Source: Ignavibacteriota bacterium (GTDB lineage Bacteria > Bacteroidota > Ignavibacteria > UBA10030 > CAVZMI01). From it: a stretch of DNA of 64,000 nt. The stretch covers positions 160,001 through 224,000 of the forward strand of contig CAVZMI010000021.1 of NCBI GenBank assembly GCA_963776275.1, in the 5' to 3' direction. The notes under the pieces are model-generated. The model made no database searches and was not told where the DNA came from. It saw only the letters and a program-made list of their open reading frames with translations. Shown in pieces: positions 32,532-42,226 of the stretch. Made by a program: the position numbers and the translations under genes. Each line of letters starts with the position of its first letter. The first letter of the stretch is position 1.

Positions 32532-33659
32532 TTATTTTCCTATGGAGTGTTTATACTTATTCAATACTTCATTAGTAATTTCCAAAAACCTCCTGCCAAA
32601 CTTGCTATCCGGTTCCATATGGCAGCCTTCTCCCCATTCGTTCCATGCGTTTATAAAAACAATTTGCTCATCCTCATCATGATTTAAAACTCTATTACAA
32701 GCAGCATCAAGCCATTTTCCAAATAATTCGGGTTTATCATTTTGTATCACAGCACAGGCTTTTTTACGGGGACTATTATCCCAACCCGGAGAAACACAAG
32801 GGAACTTTTTATATTTGACAGGATCAGATTTGATCCATTCATTTACGATTGCCTCGTAATTGTATATTTTGCAGTCATTAAGTAATCCCAGTCTAGATAT
32901 ATTAAGCTGATTTATAATTACATTCCATATCTTTTGCGGGGTATGTTTAAAAAGATTTAGTCGTTTATCTTTGATTGCTAAATTTACATCCGGTTGAAAA
33001 TCCACGACAGCATCAAATCCTGCACTTATAGCCATTTCCTCTTTCTTAATTGTACTTCCCCAACTTTTGACGGAACACAGAAACAATTCGATTCCATGTT
33101 TGATTTTCGCCTCATGTCGCCACATTTTAATGACATTCTCAATGTTTGGTATTTGAGCTGCTCTATATACTAAAAATACAGGTTTGTCTTTTATACGGAT
33201 ATATCGCTGATCCTTAAAAGCAACCGCTAACCATTCAATATGCTCATAAGGATTATAATTGGAATAGTCTTGTCTCATTAAGATTTCATGGTTACGGCCG
33301 TCCCATTGCCTTGTCCAGTTCTCATTCGACCAGCATAGGCAAAATGGGAAATCAGGTTTGCCAGTTTTAAGCACTTCATTAAAAGGTCTTTCCAAAAGCA
33401 TTTTCCCATTAAACCAGTAATGATGGTAACAAAATCCATGGATACCATAATGTCTTGCCATTTCCGCTTGCGCAATGCGTGTTTCCTCCAGACGCAAATC
33501 ATAGAAACCTAAGTCAGCTGGAATATGGGGCTGATAGTGACCTCTAAACTTGGGTCTTGCTTTTGCAACATTTGTCCAGTCAGTAAAACCATTTCCCCAC
33601 CACTCATCGTTTTCCGGGATCGGATGGTACTGAGGAAGGTAAAAAGCAATAACTTTCAT
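32532..33659 (-). CDS. WbsX-family (GH99-like) protein
   Basis: AFYLPQYHPIPENDEWWG, LGFYDLR, NENWTR, PGWDNSPR, NAWNEWGEG. Confidence 0.92.
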   Translation of the reverse strand: MKVIAFYLPQYHPIPENDEWWGNGFTDWTNVAKARPKFRGHYQPHIPADLGFYDLRLEETRIAQAEMARHYGIHGFCYHHYWFNGKMLLERPFNEVLKTGKPDFPFCLCWSNENWTRQWDGRNHEILMRQDYSNYNPYEHIEWLAVAFKDQRYIRIKDKPVFLVYRAAQIPNIENVIKMWRHEAKIKHGIELFLCSVKSWGSTIKKEEMAISAGFDAVVDFQPDVNLAIKDKRLNLFKHTPQKIWNVIINQLNISRLGLLNDCKIYNYEAIVNEWIKSDPVKYKKFPCVSPGWDNSPRKKACAVIQNDKPELFGKWLDAACNRVLNHDEDEQIVFINAWNEWGEGCHMEPDSKFGRRFLEITNEVLNKYKHSIGK

Positions 33660-33686
33660 GAAGCACCTAAAATATTGTTCAATGCA

Positions 33687-34682
33687 CTACTTATTAAAAC
33701 CTTTTTCTAACAAATCATAAAATATTACATTTCTAGTTTTACCTCTAATGATAAAGTATTTAATAGTTATACTATTTGCCATTTTTATGGGAAATAAAGA
33801 TATCAACTTAGCAAAAAATCGCCATGTATAAGAAGTGTTATAAGTAGAAACAAGTTTCTGAAAAATTGTAATATCGTATGCGGACAGACTGCGGCAAACA
33901 AACAGCGAATTTATATTGCGCCATGGCTCCTCTGCAATAAAGTTCTGTTTTGCAGCTTGAGATATTAAGTGAAACGACCATAATAACTTGGGCCAGTTTA
34001 TCATCCATATTTCAAATTTTCGGGTCGACCATTGTGCATTGCCATATCGTATTTTTATAAATGGATCAGCAATAACGCGAACAGCAGTGGGCAATAACTT
34101 CTGAAAGATTACTCCTATATGAATAAATTCCGTTCCAAAGTAAGACTCTCTATGACGTTCTTTCCATAGATCCCTCTTAATTACGACAGCGCCAATAAAT
34201 GACAAATACTTGATACAGTCTTGAAAGAAATCATTAAATTTGTGCGACTCGTAAATAGTGTGTACCTTGTCAGAAAGGGACTTTTCGTAAATTAGTGTGG
34301 AGAAATTTCGATTCCACACTTCAGAATTTACTATGATCAGGCTGTATCCTTTTGACATTTCAAGAAGGACTTGTTCTACAGCACCATCTTTAAGTAAATC
34401 ATCATCCGTAAACAGCCAGCAGTATTCACCCTGTGCAAGCTCCACAGCCTGGTCGTAATCATGATCAACCCCTCCCTTTGACGGAAGCTGTACATAGTGA
34501 ATCCGGTTACACTCTTCAATATAACTCTTAACTATACTACCTGTATCATCCGTTGAAGCTCCGTCAACTATAACAATTTCAACCTCATTGGTTACTTGTG
34601 GTATTATGCTCTCCAGTGTCTTGCCTATGTAATCGGCACGGTTGTACGTAGCAATGCATATGGATAGACGAGGTTTGTTCAT
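33687..34682 (-). CDS. GT2-family glycosyltransferase
   Basis: LSICIATYNR, VDGASTD, GEYCWLFTDDD. Confidence 0.9.
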   Translation of the reverse strand: MNKPRLSICIATYNRADYIGKTLESIIPQVTNEVEIVIVDGASTDDTGSIVKSYIEECNRIHYVQLPSKGGVDHDYDQAVELAQGEYCWLFTDDDLLKDGAVEQVLLEMSKGYSLIIVNSEVWNRNFSTLIYEKSLSDKVHTIYESHKFNDFFQDCIKYLSFIGAVVIKRDLWKERHRESYFGTEFIHIGVIFQKLLPTAVRVIADPFIKIRYGNAQWSTRKFEIWMINWPKLLWSFHLISQAAKQNFIAEEPWRNINSLFVCRSLSAYDITIFQKLVSTYNTSYTWRFFAKLISLFPIKMANSITIKYFIIRGKTRNVIFYDLLEKGFNK

Positions 34683-35644
34683 GGTTTTACAAACTCTAGC
34701 ATTACGACACCCTCACCCGGAAGCTCGGCAATCGTCCGAAAGTACCGATATTCTTTAGCCATCATATAGGATTCTCGCCAATATGGGTAAAGTGGACCTA
34801 ACAGACGCTTCATGTTTGCATTTCTATGAAAAAGACCATTGCATCGCTCCCCATAAACCACCATCTTGGCCGGCAAACCAGTGATATTGAAGATAACTGA
34901 TTTTAGGCGTTCTTCATCGTAGTATCTCTGCCAGAATGTATATCCATCAGATTCTGGAGATAACACACCATAGTAGTCACGACTGATGTATTGTTCAAGT
35001 GATTGCGCCATACAGGGGAGTGTGAGAATAAGTCGCCCACCAGGACGGAGTAACGACCACATCATGTCCAGCGCCTCTCTGTCAGCTGGAATGTGTTCTA
35101 ATACGGATATAGAGGTGATGAGATCAAATGTTTTCGCTGCATAATTTGCCATTTCGATTGTCTTATTTGTAAACGTACAACGATCTCCCAAACCCAACGC
35201 GTTGGCTAACCGCTCAACTTCCCCTATATCTCGCTTATCCGGATTCATCATCTCAGCAACAGCAACTCTGTTCTGCATCAACAGCATAAGCGGTACGATA
35301 CGTGGTGAAGACACGTCAAGATACCTATAAAAAGGTACATGCACAAGACTCTTTAATACTTCATGGAACTCGAAATAACGCGTAGAATCCATTGGGAAAC
35401 AGATTAGGAAGTAACAAGTACGCAACGATATACGACGCAAAAGAAACAGTCTCACACCTAGACTGGCGCATTTAATGTGTATAGTGATCCCCGGTGTTCC
35501 CAAAATCTGAGCGGCTATCACATAGCAGGGCATCAGGAAAATACCGACCAGCTTCCGCCATAACCTGTGAACTACGCTACACTCTATCGGCAGTGGAACT
35601 TCAATATATTGTCTTTTCATACGAACTGATATGCCTGTGTTCAT
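34679..35644 (-). CDS. Class I SAM-dependent methyltransferase
   Basis: RYFEF, LDVSSP, FDLITSISVLEH, LRPGGRL. Confidence 0.85.
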   Translation of the reverse strand: MNTGISVRMKRQYIEVPLPIECSVVHRLWRKLVGIFLMPCYVIAAQILGTPGITIHIKCASLGVRLFLLRRISLRTCYFLICFPMDSTRYFEFHEVLKSLVHVPFYRYLDVSSPRIVPLMLLMQNRVAVAEMMNPDKRDIGEVERLANALGLGDRCTFTNKTIEMANYAAKTFDLITSISVLEHIPADREALDMMWSLLRPGGRLILTLPCMAQSLEQYISRDYYGVLSPESDGYTFWQRYYDEERLKSVIFNITGLPAKMVVYGERCNGLFHRNANMKRLLGPLYPYWRESYMMAKEYRYFRTIAELPGEGVVMLEFVKP

Positions 35645-35649
35645 TTAGT

Positions 35650-37158
35650 TCAGGATGCTAATTTTATTTTCTTTAATTGCTCAAATAACCATGTCCTCGT
35701 TGTAGGGATTGTTATTACTGTTATGCCGAGTGTCAAGACTGAAATGATTATTAAATATAGCAACATCATAAACTGAGACATAGGTCCGTTCATAAATATT
35801 CGACCGAGACCTGCTATTAAAAAACATACCACAAGTGGAAAACATACATCACGCCAATACCATCGCCACTTTTCTTCACGTAATAATCGACTGTGCATCA
35901 CTGGAATTTCAAAGAAGACATAGCCCATGTTTAAAACCAACCACACGCTGGCTGCACCTACAGCACCATAGTGGGCCGCCATATAAATAATTAGCGGTAC
36001 AAATAAAAAAACAGCAATCACATTTTTAAAAAAAGACAACCTGGTCCAACCAAAGGCTAATTGCAATGCATAGGGAAGATTCATTATGCCGTTAAGGGCC
36101 GTGCCGCAAATCAGAATGCTTACTATGAGGTGAGATTTCTCCGCAGTTGCTGGGTTCCCTGTCCAGAGAAGGAGTATTTCGTATGAAAACAAAGCAATAA
36201 TAATGGCAACAGGCAGGATCAAAACCGACATAAATTGGCAACTCTGATGATAGAGTCGTTTTAATCTTTCTTGGTCATTGATAGAGACTAATTGCGTTAA
36301 TCTTGGATAAATACCTAAAAATACCGGGCCAATAAGTCGATTAAGACTCATTGCAACCACACTGGCCAGAGTGTAATAACCAAACATCTCAAGGGATAGC
36401 ATTTTACTTAATATGACCTTATCCAATTGAGTAAGAATTACACCAAGAAAGGTAATTCCACTCATTCCAGCAGCAAACTTCCAAATGCCTTTAAGGAGTT
36501 GCTTTTGAAAAATTGCTTTTTTCTCAACAAACGGTAGTACGCGCCAGAGAAATATCGCTAAAAGAAAAGTATTTATTGTGCTGATAACTATTTGCCATAA
36601 GAAAAAAGCCTGAATTGTTGGGGAAACCAACCACAAAACCAGAACAGCCCCGGCACCACGTAGTGTACTTACGCCAATATTGATCACATTAAGCAGAACC
36701 TGTTTCTGTAACCCCATTAACCCTCCAGAGTAAAATCCAATCGGCATCTGGAGAGCTATCACAAATCCCATTATTAAAAGCGCCTGTTCGACGGTATTGG
36801 GAGATAACTGCCCTGCTTTAATCCAGTGATGCGCAATAAACGGTGATATTGACACGACGACAATCCCGATAGAGACAGCAACACCCCAGTAAAGAACTTC
36901 CAGAGTGCGAACAAGATTGCGCATTTCTTGTTCCTTATGCGGCAATATGGAAAGTCGCGCCATCTCACGATTTAATGTACCACTTAATCCCATATCAAAA
37001 AGGCCAAACATTACTTGAAGCGTTGCAAAAACACCAATTAGCCCCCAAGATTCAATCCCCATGAATTTGACATAGAGCGGGATAAAAATCAATCCCATGA
37101 GGGCCTGCCATATACTCCCTGCAAAATTGGCAACTATGTTTTTCTTAAGTAGTGTCAT
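35650..37158 (-). CDS. wzx: Oligosaccharide flippase (Wzx)
   Basis: LKKNIVANF, FDMGL, QLDKVILSK, FGYYTLA; many TMs. Confidence 0.9.
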   Translation of the reverse strand: MTLLKKNIVANFAGSIWQALMGLIFIPLYVKFMGIESWGLIGVFATLQVMFGLFDMGLSGTLNREMARLSILPHKEQEMRNLVRTLEVLYWGVAVSIGIVVVSISPFIAHHWIKAGQLSPNTVEQALLIMGFVIALQMPIGFYSGGLMGLQKQVLLNVINIGVSTLRGAGAVLVLWLVSPTIQAFFLWQIVISTINTFLLAIFLWRVLPFVEKKAIFQKQLLKGIWKFAAGMSGITFLGVILTQLDKVILSKMLSLEMFGYYTLASVVAMSLNRLIGPVFLGIYPRLTQLVSINDQERLKRLYHQSCQFMSVLILPVAIIIALFSYEILLLWTGNPATAEKSHLIVSILICGTALNGIMNLPYALQLAFGWTRLSFFKNVIAVFLFVPLIIYMAAHYGAVGAASVWLVLNMGYVFFEIPVMHSRLLREEKWRWYWRDVCFPLVVCFLIAGLGRIFMNGPMSQFMMLLYLIIISVLTLGITVITIPTTRTWLFEQLKKIKLAS

Positions 37159-37246
37159 AACCTATTAAACCCGGTGAAGGATCAACGGATATTATTCTTA
37201 GATTAGTAACTTCATTCTTAAACTCATGACATCAGGAGAAGAATTA

Positions 37247-38074
37247 TTACACAACACTTATTATACTTTTTAACAGGTTCCAACAAATTCCCAACGGAAT
37301 TGTCATCCAATGGTACCACCGCGCATATCGTGCAAGTAAACGGAGTTGACTCTTGAGCTTATTTATATTCTTGAACAAGGAGAGATGTCCGCTGCTTGCC
37401 GAAACCTTATGCCATACCCGCGCTTGAGGTTGGAAAATAATTCTGTATCCTTCCCGGGATGCGCGAAGACACCAGTCGACATCTTCACCATATAGAAAAT
37501 ATGATTCATCGAGCATTCCACACCTTTCGATCACGTCGCGCTTCACCAGCATACAACACCCGGTGACGTACCCTGTTGTGGTAATGGTATTGTGTTGGGC
37601 GCGGTCGACTTCCCGTATACCGATATGAGACACCCATCCCTGCCACCAATCGATTTTCCCTCCTGCATACCAGATTCTCTGCGGATCAGAATAGTATAAT
37701 ATTTTCGGTCCGATAATACCGTTTTTTGCATCTGACATCAACGTTTGCACCAGCGCCGAGAGAAATCCTGAATCTACGATGGTATCATTATTCAACAGCA
37801 ATACAACGTCGGCACCATGATCTAATGCGAATGAAATTCCTCTATTGTTTCCGCCGGCATAGCGGAGGTTCGTCTCGTTTTTAAGGATTTCAACTCCGGG
37901 GAATTCCATCCGGACGGCCTCCACGGTTCCATCTACCGAGGCATTATCGACAACTACAACCTTCGAGCGCGGATAGGAAATCTTCTGGAGAGAACGTAGA
38001 CATTCAAGTGTATCGTTTTTCCCATCCCATGTTACAACGATGATATATACAAGAGGGTATATTGTTGTATTCAT
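37247..38074 (-). CDS. GT2-family glycosyltransferase
   Basis: VDNASVD, YAGGNN, LLNNDT, YFLYGEDVDW. Confidence 0.92.
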   Translation of the reverse strand: MNTTIYPLVYIIVVTWDGKNDTLECLRSLQKISYPRSKVVVVDNASVDGTVEAVRMEFPGVEILKNETNLRYAGGNNRGISFALDHGADVVLLLNNDTIVDSGFLSALVQTLMSDAKNGIIGPKILYYSDPQRIWYAGGKIDWWQGWVSHIGIREVDRAQHNTITTTGYVTGCCMLVKRDVIERCGMLDESYFLYGEDVDWCLRASREGYRIIFQPQARVWHKVSASSGHLSLFKNINKLKSQLRLLARYARWYHWMTIPLGICWNLLKSIISVV

Positions 38075-38096
38075 TTATCGTGCCTCGTGCCGGATG

Positions 38097-39206
38097 CTAC
38101 GTGGAAAGCCGCTCACAAATGATATCGATAATTCGTACGGCGGATTTTCCATCACCATAAGGATTTGTTTTTGTTGCCATTTCAAGATACGCTGACCGAT
38201 TCGAGAGAAGACGTTGTGCTTCTTTTACGATTGTCCCATAGTCGGTGCCGACGAGTCTGGCTGTCCCTACTTCGATCGCTTCCGGCCGTTCGGTTGTTGT
38301 ACGGAGTACGAGGACAGGTTTCCCGAGTGTCGGAGCTTCTTCCTGAACCCCTCCGGAATCTGTCATGATGAGATAGCTCTTATTCATCAGCTGTACGAAT
38401 GGCCGATAATCCAGCGGCTCTATCAAATGAACTCGCGGGACATTGATGAGGATTTCATGAGCCATTTTTTGAACATTGGGATTTGGATGGACAGGATAGA
38501 TCAACTCGACATCAGCATTTTGTTCAACGAGATATTTACACGCAGAGAAGATATTCCGCATCGGTTCGCCGAAGTTCTCACGTCGATGAGACGTTAGCAG
38601 TATTACCCGTCGATTGGCATAGTCGATTGCATTCAATACTGATTCCCTGAATTGAAAACCAGGCTCAACAATCATCAACAGTGCATCGATAACGGTATTT
38701 CCCGTTACGAAAATATTCGACTCTTTAATTCCCTCGGCAAGAAGATTTTTCCTGGCCCATGCCGTTGGAGCAAAATGAAATTCCGTGATACGCGTTGTCA
38801 ATTGTCGATTTATCTCTTCCGGGTACGGATTATATTTATTCCACGTCCGGAGACCCGCCTCAACGTGCCCTACCGGTATTTTCAGATAGAATGCTGCGAG
38901 GCTGGTAGCAAATGTTGTCGTCGTATCACCCTGAACCAGAACAACGTCCGGTTTTTCCTTCATCAGGATCGGTTTGATTTTATTTATGACGCTGGATGTG
39001 ACATAGAATAAATCCTGATTTGCCTGCATGATATCCAGATCGTAATGCGGTGTAATGTCAAATAGCTCAAGCTTCTGATCCAGCAGTTCACGATGCTGAG
39101 CTGTCACAATCACTATGTGCTCGATTGCCCGCCGTTCGAGTTCTTTGACGATCGGTGCCATCTTGATGGCTTCCGGACGGGTTCCAAAAGTAACAGCTAC
39201 TTTCAT
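38097..39206 (-). CDS. wecB: UDP-N-acetylglucosamine 2-epimerase (non-hydrolysing)
   Basis: GTRPEAIKMAP, QGDT, HVEAGLR, HRREN, TDSGGVQEEAP, NPYGDG. Confidence 0.97.
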   Translation of the reverse strand: MKVAVTFGTRPEAIKMAPIVKELERRAIEHIVIVTAQHRELLDQKLELFDITPHYDLDIMQANQDLFYVTSSVINKIKPILMKEKPDVVLVQGDTTTTFATSLAAFYLKIPVGHVEAGLRTWNKYNPYPEEINRQLTTRITEFHFAPTAWARKNLLAEGIKESNIFVTGNTVIDALLMIVEPGFQFRESVLNAIDYANRRVILLTSHRRENFGEPMRNIFSACKYLVEQNADVELIYPVHPNPNVQKMAHEILINVPRVHLIEPLDYRPFVQLMNKSYLIMTDSGGVQEEAPTLGKPVLVLRTTTERPEAIEVGTARLVGTDYGTIVKEAQRLLSNRSAYLEMATKTNPYGDGKSAVRIIDIICERLST

Positions 39207-39228
39207 GGGCATTCTACTACTATAAAAG

Positions 39229-39969
39229 TTATTGATTCTCCAACAATTGTTCGGGTGATACATCCCGCAGCTCTTTTGCGGGCACTCCCGCATAAATTTT
39301 CCTTGGCGGCACATCGCAGGTCACAACAGCGCCGGCTGCGACCAGCGCATCCTCACCGATAACTTTGCCGGGTAATATTGTTGCGTTTGCTCCAACGCGC
39401 CCACCCCGCCGGATGGTGACCCCTTTATAATGTTTGAAGCGCTCTTTCGTCCTTCCGACATAATTATCATTGCTTGTCGTTACACAGGGAGCAATAAATA
39501 CATCGTCCTCTATTGTGGAATACGCGGTTATATAAACATTTGTCTCGAGTTTGCATCGTGAACCGATTATGCAATAATTCTCAATCGCAACACCGCGGCC
39601 GATTATGGTTTCATTCGCGACCTTGACATTTTCACGGACAGACGACTGGTCTGCGACAAGTACACTGGAACCGATTTCACACCCGGCATAGACGACAACC
39701 GACGTGCCGATTATGACATGATCGCCGATGACAGCCGGCGAAAGTACTTCTGGTTTTGTTGTCGCACTCCGTTGAGCTTTCATCGGTTGTTTTCCTATTA
39801 CCGTATTATCGTCGACACGGCATCCCCGACCGACGATTGTTCCATGATGAAGAACAACATTATTCCCTATCCGGCAACCATCGCCTATAACGACCGCATC
39901 AGAAACAATGGTATTTTCACCGATCAGCACATCGTTGCCGATGGTAGCTGTTGTACTGATATATTTCAT
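39229..39969 (-). CDS. Hexapeptide-repeat sugar N-acetyltransferase
   Basis: Left-handed beta-helix repeats, VFIAPCV...ND, GAVVT.DVP...GVPA. Confidence 0.9.
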   Translation of the reverse strand: MKYISTTATIGNDVLIGENTIVSDAVVIGDGCRIGNNVVLHHGTIVGRGCRVDDNTVIGKQPMKAQRSATTKPEVLSPAVIGDHVIIGTSVVVYAGCEIGSSVLVADQSSVRENVKVANETIIGRGVAIENYCIIGSRCKLETNVYITAYSTIEDDVFIAPCVTTSNDNYVGRTKERFKHYKGVTIRRGGRVGANATILPGKVIGEDALVAAGAVVTCDVPPRKIYAGVPAKELRDVSPEQLLENQ

Positions 39970-41117
39970 GCTAAACCTCCATTGATGGACGACGATTGTC
40001 CACTCACCAGTTCTTCAATCCCGGCAACCATGGCATCCCATGAATATTTCCGTTTTTCTATTTCGACGTTCTTGACAAACTCCGGTTCCTTCTTTTCCGT
40101 AAAAAATTTCACGATAGCCTCTGCTAGTGCCGACGGATTTTCATGTGGAACTGTAAATCCCGTTATCCCGTCTAGGACTACCTCTGCAAGTCCCCCTACC
40201 TTCGTGGAGATGACCGGTTTATCAAATTGGTATGCAATTTGTACAATTCCGCTCTGCGTTGCAGAAGTATAGGGGAGGACAACGCAATCTGATGCGGAAA
40301 AGTATATACCGACTTCTTCTTGCGGGATGTAATCTGATCGTATCGTGACATCCGGCTCTATTCCAAGATCACGAATCATCAGCCGGTATTTTTCTATATC
40401 CTCATAGAACTCCCCTGCAACCACCAGATGCACTGGAACCGATCTCCCTACCAGCGGCATTGCTTCAAGGAGGGTTTTTAATCCTTTGTAAGGCCGGACA
40501 AATCCGAAAAATAAGATGATATTCTCATGAGGAAGTCCGAGAATCTCACGTGCATGTTCCTTGGTATCTTTAAATCCATATATTTCATAAATCGGATGCG
40601 GGACATTTTTGTAAGGAATACGGGGAAAAAGTCTTTGGATATCCCGCTCAACGGCATCCGACTGGACGATTGCACCATCGATTGCCGAAAATGCATAACT
40701 TGTGAGGACACGACCGAACGGAAATCTTTCGTGAGGAATGATGTTGTCACAGATGAACACCACCTTTGTATGACCGTTAGAGCGTACAATACGATTGATG
40801 GTCCCAAAACATGGTGCAAAAAACGGCATCCAATATTTTATCACCACGCAATCGGGCTTCATTTCCCGTATGCGCCTGCCGATTTTCCACCATGACAAAG
40901 GATTAATCGAATCAATTGTCTGCTCCGTCGGAATTCTAACTCCGCCATCATTCTTCTCCTTCTGGAATTTGCCGGGAAAAAAAATCTTAGGATACTGGCG
41001 CGTGAATGTGAAAACCCGGACAGAATGCCGCTGCGAGAGATGACGATATAGAATGGCGTTATAATGAGCAAGACCGCCTCTATATGGATATGCTGTTCCA
41101 ATGATAACAATCTTCAT
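39966..41117 (-). CDS. GT4-family glycosyltransferase
   Basis: PYRGG, FFGFVRPYKGL, LPYTSATQSG, VGGLAEV. Confidence 0.92.
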   Translation of the reverse strand: MKIVIIGTAYPYRGGLAHYNAILYRHLSQRHSVRVFTFTRQYPKIFFPGKFQKEKNDGGVRIPTEQTIDSINPLSWWKIGRRIREMKPDCVVIKYWMPFFAPCFGTINRIVRSNGHTKVVFICDNIIPHERFPFGRVLTSYAFSAIDGAIVQSDAVERDIQRLFPRIPYKNVPHPIYEIYGFKDTKEHAREILGLPHENIILFFGFVRPYKGLKTLLEAMPLVGRSVPVHLVVAGEFYEDIEKYRLMIRDLGIEPDVTIRSDYIPQEEVGIYFSASDCVVLPYTSATQSGIVQIAYQFDKPVISTKVGGLAEVVLDGITGFTVPHENPSALAEAIVKFFTEKKEPEFVKNVEIEKRKYSWDAMVAGIEELVSGQSSSINGGLA

Positions 41118-41129
41118 GGCGTGCGTATG

Positions 41130-42218
41130 CTACTTGGCAGACAACAGATGACGGATGGTTTCGAACACCCGGTGCGGTTCAATTGTACTCATACAATCAT
41201 TCGGGCATGTCGGTGAAAAAAAGCACTCGCATTCTTCCTCTGGCTCTATGATCTCCCCCAGGCCGTACAGCTCAAACTCATTACGGTTAAAAATATTATT
41301 GAATAGAATGATTTTTTTCTTAAGCCCGATCGTGATATGCATTGTCATCGTTACTGCGGTCACGACAAGCGTGCACTGGTCGACGAGATTGATAAACTGA
41401 CGAAGCGGATAATGCCCTAAGTATCGTGCCCCACTCGCCCGTGCAATTTTCAAATTTTTCTTGTGTTCCTGCTCTCCCCCGAGCAGCATCGGTATATATC
41501 CCGCTTGCTTCAGGCGCCGGGCAAGCGTAATCCAATATTTCTCGGGCCATAGCCGCAACGTCCACCGGCCGCCGCAGCCCGTGTTCAATCCAATGACGAT
41601 TTTCTTCTTCGAAAGTTTCGGCCATATATATCCTTCGTGATCAAAATTATCGAGGATATAATGTTCACCCGCAAATGTAAATCCACAAATTTCGAAAATC
41701 TCTTCCGGATAACTCTTTGTATTTTTTTTACTCAGATCGTCAAAAATCCCCGTCAGGTATTTATGCTCGGCATCATTATCGAGCGGGGCACAGTGACCAT
41801 TCTTCAAATAAAATCCCTTTTTAATATCGGCTGAGAGAATGTTCATCAACGCACACGCTTCACGATCCTTATCGAGGTTGTACACAACATCAAAGTGCGT
41901 CTGCTCGAGAACAAGAAGATTCCTTGGAGAGAAATCGAGCGAATGGTTCACCATTGATGGCAGAATATCGGGCGTCAGTGTGAGCCACCAGATTTGCGCT
42001 TCAGGATATTCACTTGTAATTCTGTGCAGTAACGGTGTTGTTCGAATCACATCACCGATGGCGCCAAGTTTTATAATAAGAATATTTTTTGTCACAGGAG
42101 TGTAGTGCGGACAGACGGCACCGTTTGTATCGACGCAGTGAACACCATGCTGCTTATGCGGTTTGCACGGTATGTCACCGCGGAAATAACGACAATCTGT
42201 TTTCAAAACAATATCCAT
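41130..42218 (-). CDS. GT9-family (LPS heptosyltransferase-like) protein
   Basis: ILIIKLGAIGDVIRTTP, RLWP, MHI; Cys clusters at both ends. Confidence 0.88.
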   Translation of the reverse strand: MDIVLKTDCRYFRGDIPCKPHKQHGVHCVDTNGAVCPHYTPVTKNILIIKLGAIGDVIRTTPLLHRITSEYPEAQIWWLTLTPDILPSMVNHSLDFSPRNLLVLEQTHFDVVYNLDKDREACALMNILSADIKKGFYLKNGHCAPLDNDAEHKYLTGIFDDLSKKNTKSYPEEIFEICGFTFAGEHYILDNFDHEGYIWPKLSKKKIVIGLNTGCGGRWTLRLWPEKYWITLARRLKQAGYIPMLLGGEQEHKKNLKIARASGARYLGHYPLRQFINLVDQCTLVVTAVTMTMHITIGLKKKIILFNNIFNRNEFELYGLGEIIEPEEECECFFSPTCPNDCMSTIEPHRVFETIRHLLSAK

Positions 42219-42226
42219 CGGATATC

